Notes under the pieces: model-generated
What the model was told of the DNA's origin: nothing
Seen by the model: only the letters and a program-made list of their open reading frames with translations
Databases searched by the model: none
Shown here: piece by piece, positions 8,178-17,408 of the stretch
Position numbering within the stretch: the stretch's first letter is position 1
How the letters are laid out: the number at the start of each line of letters is the position of its first letter
Made by a program: the position numbers and the translations under genes
IMG/VR virus record: IMGVR_UViG_3300030330_001710
Coordinates: 1-29,719 of that record
Source of the DNA: a virus
Taxonomy: Duplodnaviria; Caudoviricetes
Strand: one strand, 5' to 3'
Length of the DNA stretch: 29,719 bases

Positions 8178-10496
8178 TCAGTAGTGATACACTGTATCCT
8201 GTGCAAACACACGGATGGATTTAGGCATTACCTTGAGTTTTGAGCGCATGGGTCCTTTGTCCTCGGGTATCGTGAGCGGCGCCTCAACGATGTAGTAGTC
8301 GTCTATCACGACGGTCATGGACTCCCTGCCGGATGCAGCCTCCGTCCCCTGCTTGGTGAATGACAGGCTCACCATCTTGTTGGCGTCGTCAGAGTTGTCA
8401 ACAGCCCTCCTCATCTGATGATAGAGGGTCGGGTCGTCAACGATAATCTCCATGTCCAACTCGTACTCTGTCTTACCCTCGACGGCGATTGATGCGTTCC
8501 TAGCACCTGCGAATGGTATCTGGTCAGTCTCGCTGTCAGCGACCTTGTTCCCAGATATGGTGTAGAACTGCTCGACCCCGGTCTTCCCCTTCAGGTCGAA
8601 TGACACCACTTGCCCCAGTCTGATACCACCGACATCCACTGTGCCGTTGTAGAACATGAAGGGCTTCTGCGTCCCCTTCGCTATACCTGCCTCGCTCCTA
8701 GCCTGTATGGTATTGGCAGTGTCCTCAAAGAGCCTGTGCACGTTGTACCTGTCTCCACTGTGCTTACCGCCTGAGAAGGCTGCTGTTAGTGTGATTACAC
8801 TGTCAGATATGGCTGTGCCACTAGGCGTCGTATTACCAAGAGAGGACTTGTCATCTTGAGTTAGAGTCACTACTGCGTTAGATGACGATGCTACCATATT
8901 CAAAGTACCTGCTGCTTTAGCCGCATTGACCGCTGCTGCTATGTTGGTGGCAAACTGATTGGCATTACTATTGGCGTTTCCAAAAGCAATTTTTGTAGCA
9001 GTAGAGGTGGTAAGACTGTTATCAATAGCGAAATTAACGGTATTTGTGCCATCACTAAGCGTTAGGACACGTGTATTGGCCTCTCCTGCTGACTTGGAAA
9101 GAGCAGTGAGAGTGGCTGTGGCTGCTGCTCCCTCCAACCTACCTGTATCTGTGTAGCAGAGTGCAGCATCGAAACCGACACTCAGGCGAACGGCAGCGTC
9201 TGTGTCAGCGGTCATTGAAAACTCCTTGACCTTGCAGCCACGGAACACGCGTGTGAGTTGCTTGGCGTCTGTGGAGCCACCATCAACGACCTCAGCAGTG
9301 CCGCCATCGTCATCCTGATTGTCATTTCTCCTGACGCTGACCTCAAGCGCGAAGGATGGAACAATCGTCTTGGCGAAGACCATCCTGTCAACAGGTCTCG
9401 TTATGGTTCGCGTAGTGGCATTAAGAGTTGGAGCAATAGAGGTGGTATAGTTAAGTTTTGAAAGAGCCTTGGCTGAGGAGTGGGCGAAGTTCAAACCATC
9501 GTCCAACCAAATGTATCCCTTGCTGTCCGATGAGTTCCAGTAGTATGCTGCCACTCTTCTGATTTCATTCTTCTGAGCATCAGTTATCAGAGCAGTCTCA
9601 TCGCTGCTCGGGTATGTGGCCGTACCAGCCTCCTTGTGTAGATGCACAGGTATGGTGTCTGTGTCTGCAATGTGCACGTAGTCTCCCGGCGACAGGCTCA
9701 TGTCGCCGCTTCCGTGTGTTATCAGTCCCTGTCCGGGGACGGTGGCGGCGTTGGTAGTGCCAGTACTGCTCACATTGAAACCACTGCTAGTCAAGTCCAT
9801 GTTGATACTCTCCTGCCCGAGCGCGTAGTACAGCCATCGTGCATTGTGCATAGTGGCCTCAAACTGACCGCCTGTGTTGACGAATCTACCGGGGACCTGC
9901 ACAGCAACATCACGACCGAGGCCGATGACATGGTACCTCTTGAGGTCAACCTTAGTCTCAGGTAGTGATATCGTGTTTATCAGACCGACGAACTGGTCGG
10001 TGAGGACGCTCTCGGAGGAGTTGTTCGCATCATCATCATGCTCGGAGTCCTCGTCTAACGTGGGTAGTTTGTAGGCGGAGATGTGCAGAGTTCCATTGAC
10101 TGTGGTACCATCGACGGTTGTCGGACCCGTCGTGCGCATCTGTGGTGTGACGTGCAGGACAGTGTTGTTTGAACTCTCGCTGATGACGTGCTTAACGATG
10201 GTGTACCTCCTGCCTGACACGCTCATGTTGTCCTCAGTGTTGATGCCAGTGCCGGAGAGGTTTGAGAAGGCGACCTCGCATCCGACGAGCATCCCAACAG
10301 GGTACCTCAACTCGCCGCCGTTGATTGGAGAGCCATCGGCCCCGCCTGTGAGCGTCAACGTGGATGTGTCAGTGCCAGCAGCGCCATTCGCTATGACGAA
10401 CTGGAACGAGCCCCCGAAGCCCGCTGGTAGTTGTAATTCTGTCTCGTGACCGAATGAAATCTCGGTCAAATCTCCCTTATAGACTGTCGATGGCAC
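8178..10496 (-). CDS. Major tail tube protein with several inserted domains (~772 aa)
   Basis: GTG at 10496 follows GAGGTGA (track start 10505). Tube-like segments: YKGDLTEISFGHE, WLYYALG, PSFALEV, VFRGCKVKEFSMTA, KPFMFYNGTV, IAVEGKTEYELDMEI. Lies between the tail terminator and chaperone genes. Confidence 0.75.
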   Translation of the reverse strand: MPSTVYKGDLTEISFGHETELQLPAGFGGSFQFVIANGAAGTDTSTLTLTGGADGSPINGGELRYPVGMLVGCEVAFSNLSGTGINTEDNMSVSGRRYTIVKHVISESSNNTVLHVTPQMRTTGPTTVDGTTVNGTLHISAYKLPTLDEDSEHDDDANNSSESVLTDQFVGLINTISLPETKVDLKRYHVIGLGRDVAVQVPGRFVNTGGQFEATMHNARWLYYALGQESINMDLTSSGFNVSSTGTTNAATVPGQGLITHGSGDMSLSPGDYVHIADTDTIPVHLHKEAGTATYPSSDETALITDAQKNEIRRVAAYYWNSSDSKGYIWLDDGLNFAHSSAKALSKLNYTTSIAPTLNATTRTITRPVDRMVFAKTIVPSFALEVSVRRNDNQDDDGGTAEVVDGGSTDAKQLTRVFRGCKVKEFSMTADTDAAVRLSVGFDAALCYTDTGRLEGAAATATLTALSKSAGEANTRVLTLSDGTNTVNFAIDNSLTTSTATKIAFGNANSNANQFATNIAAAVNAAKAAGTLNMVASSSNAVVTLTQDDKSSLGNTTPSGTAISDSVITLTAAFSGGKHSGDRYNVHRLFEDTANTIQARSEAGIAKGTQKPFMFYNGTVDVGGIRLGQVVSFDLKGKTGVEQFYTISGNKVADSETDQIPFAGARNASIAVEGKTEYELDMEIIVDDPTLYHQMRRAVDNSDDANKMVSLSFTKQGTEAASGRESMTVVIDDYYIVEAPLTIPEDKGPMRSKLKVMPKSIRVFAQDTVYHY

Positions 10497-10506
10497 TTTT
10501 TTCACC

Positions 10507-10956
10507 TCATGGTATCAATTCTGCAAACACGATTACCTCTATTTGGAACGTCATACGGAATAACTGCTTGCTCCTGTCAGACAGGTCTGTTCGCGTCTTG
10601 TATACCAACCTGTCGAAGTTTACGCCGTCTCCCTTGCGCTTTGTGTGCACAAGTCTGCGTATCTCATTCTCCATCTTCTTCAGCCGTTCACGTCCTACTA
10701 GGGTCCTCGCATCAACGGTTATGTTGACACGAGTTGTGACAAAATCGAATAGCAGTTCTGGTAATTCTTCATTGTGGGCAGTCTCAAAGACAAGCACGTA
10801 GTCCCTGTTCCTCATGTCGAGCCTCTTTCCCCTCTCGGCGGTGGTGTTGGCTATGTCATCGACAACGGGCTTGATGTTGTCGGTGTTGCCCCTGTTCCAG
10901 TCGTCTCTGAACAGGTCAACGATGACGTCGATAGCCTCCTTGAACGTCGCAACCAT
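10507..10956 (-). CDS. Tail terminator / tail completion protein (putative)
   Basis: ~149 aa, alpha/beta pattern (TRVNITVDAR...EIRRLVH...LFRMTFQIEV), directly upstream of the tail tube gene. Confidence 0.6.
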   Translation of the reverse strand: MVATFKEAIDVIVDLFRDDWNRGNTDNIKPVVDDIANTTAERGKRLDMRNRDYVLVFETAHNEELPELLFDFVTTRVNITVDARTLVGRERLKKMENEIRRLVHTKRKGDGVNFDRLVYKTRTDLSDRSKQLFRMTFQIEVIVFAELIP

Positions 10957-11300
10957 CACTCAGCCCTCCTTATGGCGTCTGCATCGGGGAGCAGATACCC
11001 ACCAACGAGTTGAAGTTTGTGCTCCCTCAACGAAGGTGACTCACTGAGCATCCTCCTGTCCACGTTCTTCATCACCTTCTCTCTCTCTTTATCAGGTAGA
11101 GGATTGCGAAGACTATCCAAGAAAACACCGTTCTCCATGTCGTACCCATAAACGCTCAACTCCTGTTTGAGAATGCGCTCCCTGAACTCCTCCGGCGTGT
11201 TCTTGACGAGTTGCTTTAGGTTCTCCTGCATGTCGCTGCTGCGATAGTACTCAGTCATCTGCTTGATGTAGTCATCGCTCTGCTGCTCAGCGAAACTCAT
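10956..11300 (-). CDS. Hypothetical neck-region protein (114 aa)
   Basis: Overlaps both neighbours (ATGA and TGATG), indicating translational coupling. No recognisable motif. Confidence 0.7.
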   Translation of the reverse strand: MSFAEQQSDDYIKQMTEYYRSSDMQENLKQLVKNTPEEFRERILKQELSVYGYDMENGVFLDSLRNPLPDKEREKVMKNVDRRMLSESPSLREHKLQLVGGYLLPDADAIRRAE

Positions 11301-12862
11301 TCAAAACTCACCACCTCAACATAACGTGGGAGCATCTGTTGAACATCCTGCTTGTACATGTTTATCTTGGATGCGAGGTCCACGTTCTGTGTTCCCTCCG
11401 GTATGAGTACGCTGCGGTCGTCCGACATGAGTATGTCGATAGCCACCATCTTGGTGCAGATGTCCTCGATGGCCTTCTCGACATATCTCTCGCCGTAGAT
11501 GTACGCGACCTTGACGGCGTTCCACTCAAAGAACGGATATGAGTTGTTGAAGTAGACGATTCCCATCTCATGGTCCAACCAGTAATCACGGAGCCTACCC
11601 CTGTCACCACTGGCGCTTCCACCTTGTAAATCGACTTGCATGAGATTCTGAGTGAGTGAACCTGCTATGTCAGATAGTGCGGAGCCGACGACAATTGTGC
11701 AACCGGTAAATGTGGTGGCCGTCTTCCCGGTATAACTGAAGACGTCACCGCTGGCATCAACGACTACACCTGCGTCTGCAAACCCATTCGTGCTGTCAAC
11801 GGTAATTGTCGTGCTGTCAAGGCTGCTGAAGGTAGCCGTGTTTATCTGTGTCTGTGATATCTCTATATTGCTCTCAGTGGTGACGATGCTGCATGATTCA
11901 CCGGCCTGTGTGGACCTCATGCTGGAAATCTTGACATGGCCGCTACCGTAGTCTGCGTTGGCTGTTGCTAGGAACTCATTATGCACTCCGACGTTGGAGG
12001 TGCTACCCTCAAGGGTGAATGTAGGTGAGAACTCTACGGCTCCCTTGCTCACCCTATCCTCCTTGTTGATGAGGTCAGCGAGATTCTGTGCTGTGGTTAT
12101 CTTGTCGAAGTCCGCCCTCCATTGTGTGCTTGACGTTCCTATCGTGAGCGTAGCGGCGCTCCCATTGCCGGGAGACATGACGATGGAGCCTGAGAGGGAA
12201 CGTACGCTGTCTGGAATCTTGAGGCGAGCCTCTGAGGCTCCTATCTCCCTGTAGTCGTCCCCTTGCCACAACTCGACGCGCAGCATCTGCTGTATGTTGC
12301 GGAATAGGAGCGGCGTGGTGCCGACGTAATCCGTGTAGTATCGACGCCTGTACGGCTTGTACGTGTCGAAGTTGATGTACTCGGCAGAGACCAGATTGGG
12401 TCTCCACGAATTGTGCGTCAGGTTGTCTATCTTGTCCTGCGCACGTAGGATGAGGCGCTTCACCTTGTCGTGTGTTATGCCCCTGTTGCTCCCGTTGGTG
12501 AATGATGCCTTGTTCTGCACGTACCCGTTGTCTGTCGTCTCGTAGAGGCCCGGATTGATGGCAGATGAGAATGCCAGTTTGACACCGCTCACTGTCGATG
12601 TGATGGCGGTGATGTCGCGGTCAACGCCCATCGGGTCCGCATCTGAGTACAGCAACAGGGTGTCTCCCACTGAGAAGCCGATGTTCCTGTAGTCGGCTCC
12701 TGTGACGAAAACGGCGTTCGCCTCGGCGTTGGCGGACATGAGCACAGCCTCTTGAGGGCCTATCTCTAACAGGTCAGCGACCCTCTGCGGCGTGGTGTAT
12801 ACGAGTGCATCAGGGTCAAGGGGTCTTGTCTCAGGCTCACCGGGACTGAATACTTGTGGAAT
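11297..12862 (-). CDS. Head-tail adaptor (HK97 gp6/SPP1 gp15-like) with inserted domains; probable ATT start, 521 aa
   Basis: The frame is open 39 codons above the track start (IPQVFSPGEPETRPLDPDALVYTTPQRVADLLEIG...). Adaptor-like motifs: YTTPQRVADLL, LILRAQDKIDNLT, VKVAYIYG...IEDICTKMVAIDIL. GGAGGTGA at 12867-12874. Confidence 0.7.
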   Translation of the reverse strand: MPQVFSPGEPETRPLDPDALVYTTPQRVADLLEIGPQEAVLMSANAEANAVFVTGADYRNIGFSVGDTLLLYSDADPMGVDRDITAITSTVSGVKLAFSSAINPGLYETTDNGYVQNKASFTNGSNRGITHDKVKRLILRAQDKIDNLTHNSWRPNLVSAEYINFDTYKPYRRRYYTDYVGTTPLLFRNIQQMLRVELWQGDDYREIGASEARLKIPDSVRSLSGSIVMSPGNGSAATLTIGTSSTQWRADFDKITTAQNLADLINKEDRVSKGAVEFSPTFTLEGSTSNVGVHNEFLATANADYGSGHVKISSMRSTQAGESCSIVTTESNIEISQTQINTATFSSLDSTTITVDSTNGFADAGVVVDASGDVFSYTGKTATTFTGCTIVVGSALSDIAGSLTQNLMQVDLQGGSASGDRGRLRDYWLDHEMGIVYFNNSYPFFEWNAVKVAYIYGERYVEKAIEDICTKMVAIDILMSDDRSVLIPEGTQNVDLASKINMYKQDVQQMLPRYVEVVSFE

Positions 12863-12873
12863 CTAATCACCTC

Positions 12874-14502
12874 CTAATATGCCATCTCCGGGTTGAACAT
12901 ACCCATTATGTGATTGTGAACATCAGCGCTGGACGCATCAGGAGACAGCCCGTACATCTCAGGATTTCCTTCTAATCTTTGAAACACAGTGCTGTATTGT
13001 TGCAAAGGCACATTCACATGCTCTGCAAGCCTACCCATGGCACCTACGTCACCTAGAAGTCTCAGATGGTCGTCAATAGGATTGTTCGCCTTGTGCTGGT
13101 CAAGTGCCTTGTCAGCAATACTTGGATTGATTTGCATTTGATTTCTTATGTTCTCTACAAGCATGTCACGCTCTGATAACTCACGAGCGGCTGTGGGAGC
13201 GGCTGTGGGAGCGGGAGGCGCCGTAATTGAGTCCATTATCGACTCCAAAGTAGGGGTTGCTGTGGGTTTCTGCGTGGTTTGTTGTACCTTCACAGGTGCT
13301 TTTGCTGGTGCTTTTGCCGGTGATAGGTCCGATGCGAACATCTCACCCAGTCTCTCTATGTCGATTGTACCGCTTTCTGTGAGCGGTATGCCACCGCTTG
13401 GCTGCGTGCTCTCCGACCGCTTGGGCGGAGGGGCAGCGGGTTTCACCGCATCAGCGGCTATTGGGTTTTTGATGCCCATTGCCTTCGCTCTCTCATTGTA
13501 CTCATTGAGTCCGACCCCCTCATTCTGAAGTTGCTCTAACACGTCATCGAGTCTCTCAAGATGACCTGTCGCTGTGACGTCCTTACCTGCCTTCGTATTT
13601 GCGTCAGCGACTCGTTTTAGTTGCTCTGCTCGGCCAATCATTTCCTCTATGAGAGTCTTGTTGTCCTTCTTCTCAGGCTTCGGAACTATGGGTTTCTCTT
13701 GAAGGTCTCCTCCGAAGTCAGTGAGGGTTGTTTGCTTGTCTCCGTCCTTCGGTAGTATGGGGTTCGTGAGTAGGTTGCTCGCAACCCTCGATGCTGTGGA
13801 TGTGTTGTCAACAGGAGCACGTCTCTTCGTTTGTATATCGGGATATCTCTGTAGCAAAGCATCTCTTAGGGCAGTGAATTCGTCAGTTTTGAAATTACTG
13901 TATCCTAGGTTTCTCAGAATCTCTGTGGTTTTTTGATTGACTTCCTTTCTAGTAGTCGGGTTGAAATTATCGAGCATTCGCTCCATTCTCTCACCCATGG
14001 AAGATTCGCGCTCCGCTTGTGGGTTCATCGTAGCCGTGTTGTCGATTTCGCTGAAGTCTCCCCTCTTGTTGGCTCGTAGTTCACCTTGACCAACTGTGAA
14101 TGAGGCAGTAGCGCCGTACCTCTGCGGATTGCTCCTGAAGTCCTGTCTTATCCTCTTGATGTAGTTATCCCGAATGTCTTTGAATTTCTCATATATCTCA
14201 GGATTCAAGGGTATTGCTTTACCGTCCTTGTCCTGCTTGAAATTGCCCCTCTTGTCCCTCTCAAGTTCCAACATCTGAGGTGTCAGTCTCTCCACACCAA
14301 AGAGTTGCATCATCTGGTCGGGGGTCAACCTGTCATCACTCGCTGGAAATTTTCCCTCCAACATGCTGGTTTTGAACAAGTTCCTCAGATACTTGCGCTC
14401 GCTTGTCTCTCTTGGAATGCCCCGCGCACCGGACATGTAACGTACCCTGTACGACTCATTAGGTGCCTTGAGGACGGACCAAGCGCTGTCGAACACGCTC
14501 AC
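12874..14502 (-). CDS. Hypothetical 542-aa protein with N-terminal FDxAWxxLKA motif; candidate internal head protein
   Basis: GTG start overlaps the upstream stop. Charged and Pro/Ala-rich low-complexity linkers (KAPAKAPVK, APPAPTAAPTAA). Confidence 0.75.
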   Translation of the reverse strand: MSVFDSAWSVLKAPNESYRVRYMSGARGIPRETSERKYLRNLFKTSMLEGKFPASDDRLTPDQMMQLFGVERLTPQMLELERDKRGNFKQDKDGKAIPLNPEIYEKFKDIRDNYIKRIRQDFRSNPQRYGATASFTVGQGELRANKRGDFSEIDNTATMNPQAERESSMGERMERMLDNFNPTTRKEVNQKTTEILRNLGYSNFKTDEFTALRDALLQRYPDIQTKRRAPVDNTSTASRVASNLLTNPILPKDGDKQTTLTDFGGDLQEKPIVPKPEKKDNKTLIEEMIGRAEQLKRVADANTKAGKDVTATGHLERLDDVLEQLQNEGVGLNEYNERAKAMGIKNPIAADAVKPAAPPPKRSESTQPSGGIPLTESGTIDIERLGEMFASDLSPAKAPAKAPVKVQQTTQKPTATPTLESIMDSITAPPAPTAAPTAARELSERDMLVENIRNQMQINPSIADKALDQHKANNPIDDHLRLLGDVGAMGRLAEHVNVPLQQYSTVFQRLEGNPEMYGLSPDASSADVHNHIMGMFNPEMAY

Positions 14503-14798
14503 ATCCTCGCCTCCTCGTTTCTCGTGCCTAGATTGTACTCCATGGGCTTGTCACACACACCGCATGTCTCTCTCCACATGAAGTGTAGCATGCCACAGTG
14601 CTTGCACCTAGTGCCAGCGCCTATGTCAAGCACATCAGCCGCCTTTCGTGCATTCGCACGCTGCTTGCTGACAGTGCCCTTGAGTGGGTTCTTAGGGTCA
14701 ACCTGTATGTTCCTCTGGTAGTGCTCCTCAGCACGAATGCCTTGTTTCTGAGCACGTTCTATATCAGTGACATCGAGAGTCTGTATATCGAATCCCAT
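14499..14798 (-). CDS. Small zinc-ribbon protein (99 aa)
   Basis: CKHC-x10-CGVC near the C-terminus. GAAGGTG precedes the ATG. Confidence 0.8.
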   Translation of the reverse strand: MGFDIQTLDVTDIERAQKQGIRAEEHYQRNIQVDPKNPLKGTVSKQRANARKAADVLDIGAGTRCKHCGMLHFMWRETCGVCDKPMEYNLGTRNEEARM

Positions 14799-14813
14799 GC
14801 ACCTTCCTCACCA

Positions 14814-15008
14814 TCATACGTATGTCACTAGGATGTATACGTTCCCCAAGACCGTGAACGGGTCAGATGCTATCAGACTGGTAGTGCTTGACGCATCACC
14901 CAACGTGCCCACAGCGGTCGCTATGGTCGTTGACAGCGTGGACGTGTCAGTGAACTCCTTCGGTGAGAAGGGTCCGACGACTTTGTACTTGGGCGTTAGG
15001 TTAGCCAT
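14814..15008 (-). CDS. Small hypothetical virion protein (64 aa)
   Basis: GGTGA RBS 5 nt before the ATG. Tightly packed in the operon. Confidence 0.75.
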   Translation of the reverse strand: MANLTPKYKVVGPFSPKEFTDTSTLSTTIATAVGTLGDASSTTSLIASDPFTVLGNVYILVTYV

Positions 15009-15021
15009 CTAGGTCACCGCC

Positions 15022-15339
15022 TCAAGAGCGGCGTCCTATCGCTAAAAATGTACCCGCTGCTGTAGTCTCACCGGCCAAGACTGGGGCAATCGTGATGGTC
15101 GTACCACTGTAGATTGCTGTGTCGAGGTTCGATGCAGTCACTGCTGCGTAGGATGTACCGTTTGCTATGTCAACGTCCTGATGCTTTGCTGTCTGAACCG
15201 CTGATGGGTTAAGTATCACTGCGTCTATGCTTGCTAGTATACCAGCAAGTGCTATTGATGTGTCACCTGCTGCATATGAGCCTGTCACAATCATTCTGTC
15301 TCCGAATACGGTTGGTCTGCTATCTATTGTCACTGCCAT
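15022..15339 (-). CDS. Small beta-rich virion protein (105 aa), possible capsid decoration
   Basis: GAGTGA RBS. Ala/Thr/Gly-rich. Located downstream of the MCP. Confidence 0.7.
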   Translation of the reverse strand: MAVTIDSRPTVFGDRMIVTGSYAAGDTSIALAGILASIDAVILNPSAVQTAKHQDVDIANGTSYAAVTASNLDTAIYSGTTITIAPVLAGETTAAGTFLAIGRRS

Positions 15340-15346
15340 GTTTCAA

Positions 15347-15742
15347 TCACTCTCCTGATTCCTCTTCAATGTTTTCCTCAACCACTGGCTCGGGTTCCTC
15401 TTCAACAACGGGTGGCTCAGCAGGGGGGTTTAGGTGGAGTTGGACCATAGCGAGCAATGTGCTCTTGGTCTTGTAGCCCCTACCTATTGTGACCCCCCGC
15501 TCTTTGAGCCACTTTGTTATGTCCGGGTTAGTCCAACCTGAGTCGGGTATCCCGTCAGAGTGGAGGTCCTCGGTCACACCCTCATCACCTGTTAGGGTGA
15601 ATCCGGGCTCGACCAAGAGACGCCTCCATTTGTTTACCCAAGCCTGTGAGACCTCACGCCTCTCTCCCCTTGAAAAGTCAGGGGTGTAGGCGTCGGGACT
15701 CCTTCTGTAGAAGGAAGGTCCGTTATATCTCACTGTTGGCAA
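15347..15742 (-). CDS. Hypothetical protein with HeH/LEM-like motif and acidic tail
   Basis: Probable TTG start at 15742 after GAGGTGG (track start 15751). Contains WTNPDITKWLKERGVTIGRGYKTKSTLLAMV. Confidence 0.7.
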   Translation of the reverse strand: MPTVRYNGPSFYRRSPDAYTPDFSRGERREVSQAWVNKWRRLLVEPGFTLTGDEGVTEDLHSDGIPDSGWTNPDITKWLKERGVTIGRGYKTKSTLLAMVQLHLNPPAEPPVVEEEPEPVVEENIEEESGE

Positions 15743-15752
15743 GGAAACCACC

Positions 15753-16235
15753 TCACTCCACGAGTAGAGTTATGGTGTAGTCACCGGAGGCTTCAGCGTT
15801 CAAGTCTAGTTGTAGGCTGTTGCTTCCGTTGATTGCAGCGGTTATCATGTTGTCAGCAACTTGGCTGACCGCGCCTGTGACGGCTATTATCCTGCTGATT
15901 GCTCCACCTATGACGACTCCATTGTCGTCCTCACCATCAGAGTCTGAGTCTGTGATGGTTGTTGACGATAGTGTCACCGTTCCAGTGCTGTTGCATGTCA
16001 CGTCGAAGACGAGCATTCTGAGACTTCCGCCAGCACTGTTGGTGGCATCGTTGTTCGTAGCAGAGAAGGGTGTCAGGGAACCGGGGTATGCGTCTGCTGC
16101 CCCACCTGCTCCGTCTAGCCACCTTGTCTGGTCTACGTCAGCACCAGTTCTCATGTCCAAGTCAAGTATTCCTGTGACGGCTGATGCGCCGCTTGCGTAT
16201 GTGTATGTTATTCCTTTGAAGTTTGTTGTACCCAT
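15753..16235 (-). CDS. Putative minor capsid/decoration protein (160 aa)
   Basis: Immediately downstream of the MCP. AGGTGA RBS. Ser/Thr/Gly/Asp-rich beta composition. Confidence 0.6.
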   Translation of the reverse strand: MGTTNFKGITYTYASGASAVTGILDLDMRTGADVDQTRWLDGAGGAADAYPGSLTPFSATNNDATNSAGGSLRMLVFDVTCNSTGTVTLSSTTITDSDSDGEDDNGVVIGGAISRIIAVTGAVSQVADNMITAAINGSNSLQLDLNAEASGDYTITLLVE

Positions 16236-16272
16236 TTTTTATCACCTATCTTTTATTCTCCTACACGCTACC

Positions 16273-17403
16273 TCACTTTAGGTCACGAATGCTCCCCTGC
16301 GCTCCGAAGAAAGTGGTCCATATCTCGCCCATGGTTCGATAGAGACCCTCTTGGCCCAGTCTGTTGATGGCGAACGGGTCGCCAGTTTCAATGCCACTCT
16401 CAAAGTACTGCGTTGGTATTGCAGTGCTGAAGTACATGTAGTCGGTGTCGAGGAAGTACATCCTGCTGATGGAGTCCTTTGGCATGTCCTTGGTTGGGAT
16501 GATTGGAACACCGTTGTATGTAGCAACGATGAATCCGGCTTCCATACCGGGAACACCCTTGACGCCGTTGTAGGTTGGCGTGACTCTCTTCTCTTCCATG
16601 AACCTCTGTTGGGACTGTAGCAGTTGCTGTAGTCTCATCAAGGTGTCATATCCGGTCAGGATGACTTTCGGGTTTCCACCGCGCTCCCAGATTTGCTGGA
16701 AGAGCGTGTCTAGTTGGTCAAGGCTGAGTGTCCTGTTGGTGCTGCCTGAGTCAGCGTTGTCCTCAGCGAAGGACCATGTGTTGGCGCTCCTGTCGATGGA
16801 GTAGATGTCCTCATCTCCAGCATCGTAGTGGGTGCCCGACGTCATGTTCGTGTTGCCAGTCGTGATTCTGTCCAACGACTCAAAGTTGTTGCCAGCAGCG
16901 GTCGTGACGTCCGTTAGGAGCATCTTGTTGACCATCTCAGCGTGGTGCTTACCCATCTCTTCTTTGAGTACTGCTCGGATGTCCCCGAGTCCGTCGTCCC
17001 TGTCAGCGAGGAAGATTGCGGTCTCCGACATGTCGAAGGTGTGTGCAATCGTCTTTGGCTTTGCAGCAACGTGCTGGAAGGTTGGCCTCACAGTGTCAGG
17101 CAGAGTTGCGTTCTCTGCGACACCACCGTGGAGTGAGCCTCCATTGGGCTTGGCGGTGATGACTCTCCATCCCGACCTGTCCCAAGGCTTCTTTGGAAGG
17201 ATGCTGAAGGCGTTGAACTCTTGGTTCAACTGCGACCAGACCTTGCGCCCGTAGATTGCTTGGTAGGTACCAGAAGTCGTGGACAGCATAGGGCTGTCGG
17301 CCTTGAGCAACTCGCTACCGGTGTAGGAGTATCCCATTGCGTTTCCGGCACCGTAGTAGTACCGTTCCATGTCTGTTATTGTGCGTACGTAGTCTCTTGC
17401 CAT
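16273..17403 (-). CDS. Major capsid protein (HK97 fold)
   Basis: 376 aa after the protease. Typical size and motifs (PTFQHVAAKPKTIAHTFDMSE, YNGVPIIPTKDMP, MYFLDTDY, AQGSIRDLK). Confidence 0.9.
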   Translation of the reverse strand: MARDYVRTITDMERYYYGAGNAMGYSYTGSELLKADSPMLSTTSGTYQAIYGRKVWSQLNQEFNAFSILPKKPWDRSGWRVITAKPNGGSLHGGVAENATLPDTVRPTFQHVAAKPKTIAHTFDMSETAIFLADRDDGLGDIRAVLKEEMGKHHAEMVNKMLLTDVTTAAGNNFESLDRITTGNTNMTSGTHYDAGDEDIYSIDRSANTWSFAEDNADSGSTNRTLSLDQLDTLFQQIWERGGNPKVILTGYDTLMRLQQLLQSQQRFMEEKRVTPTYNGVKGVPGMEAGFIVATYNGVPIIPTKDMPKDSISRMYFLDTDYMYFSTAIPTQYFESGIETGDPFAINRLGQEGLYRTMGEIWTTFFGAQGSIRDLK

Positions 17404-17408
17404 CTAAA

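Noticed and set aside
8178-10505. Tail sheath (contractile tail) call for the 775-aa protein
   Set aside because: Its size is explained by inserts. The core motifs look tube-like, and no separate tube gene or baseplate wedge genes were recognised nearby. Not fully excluded without structure prediction.
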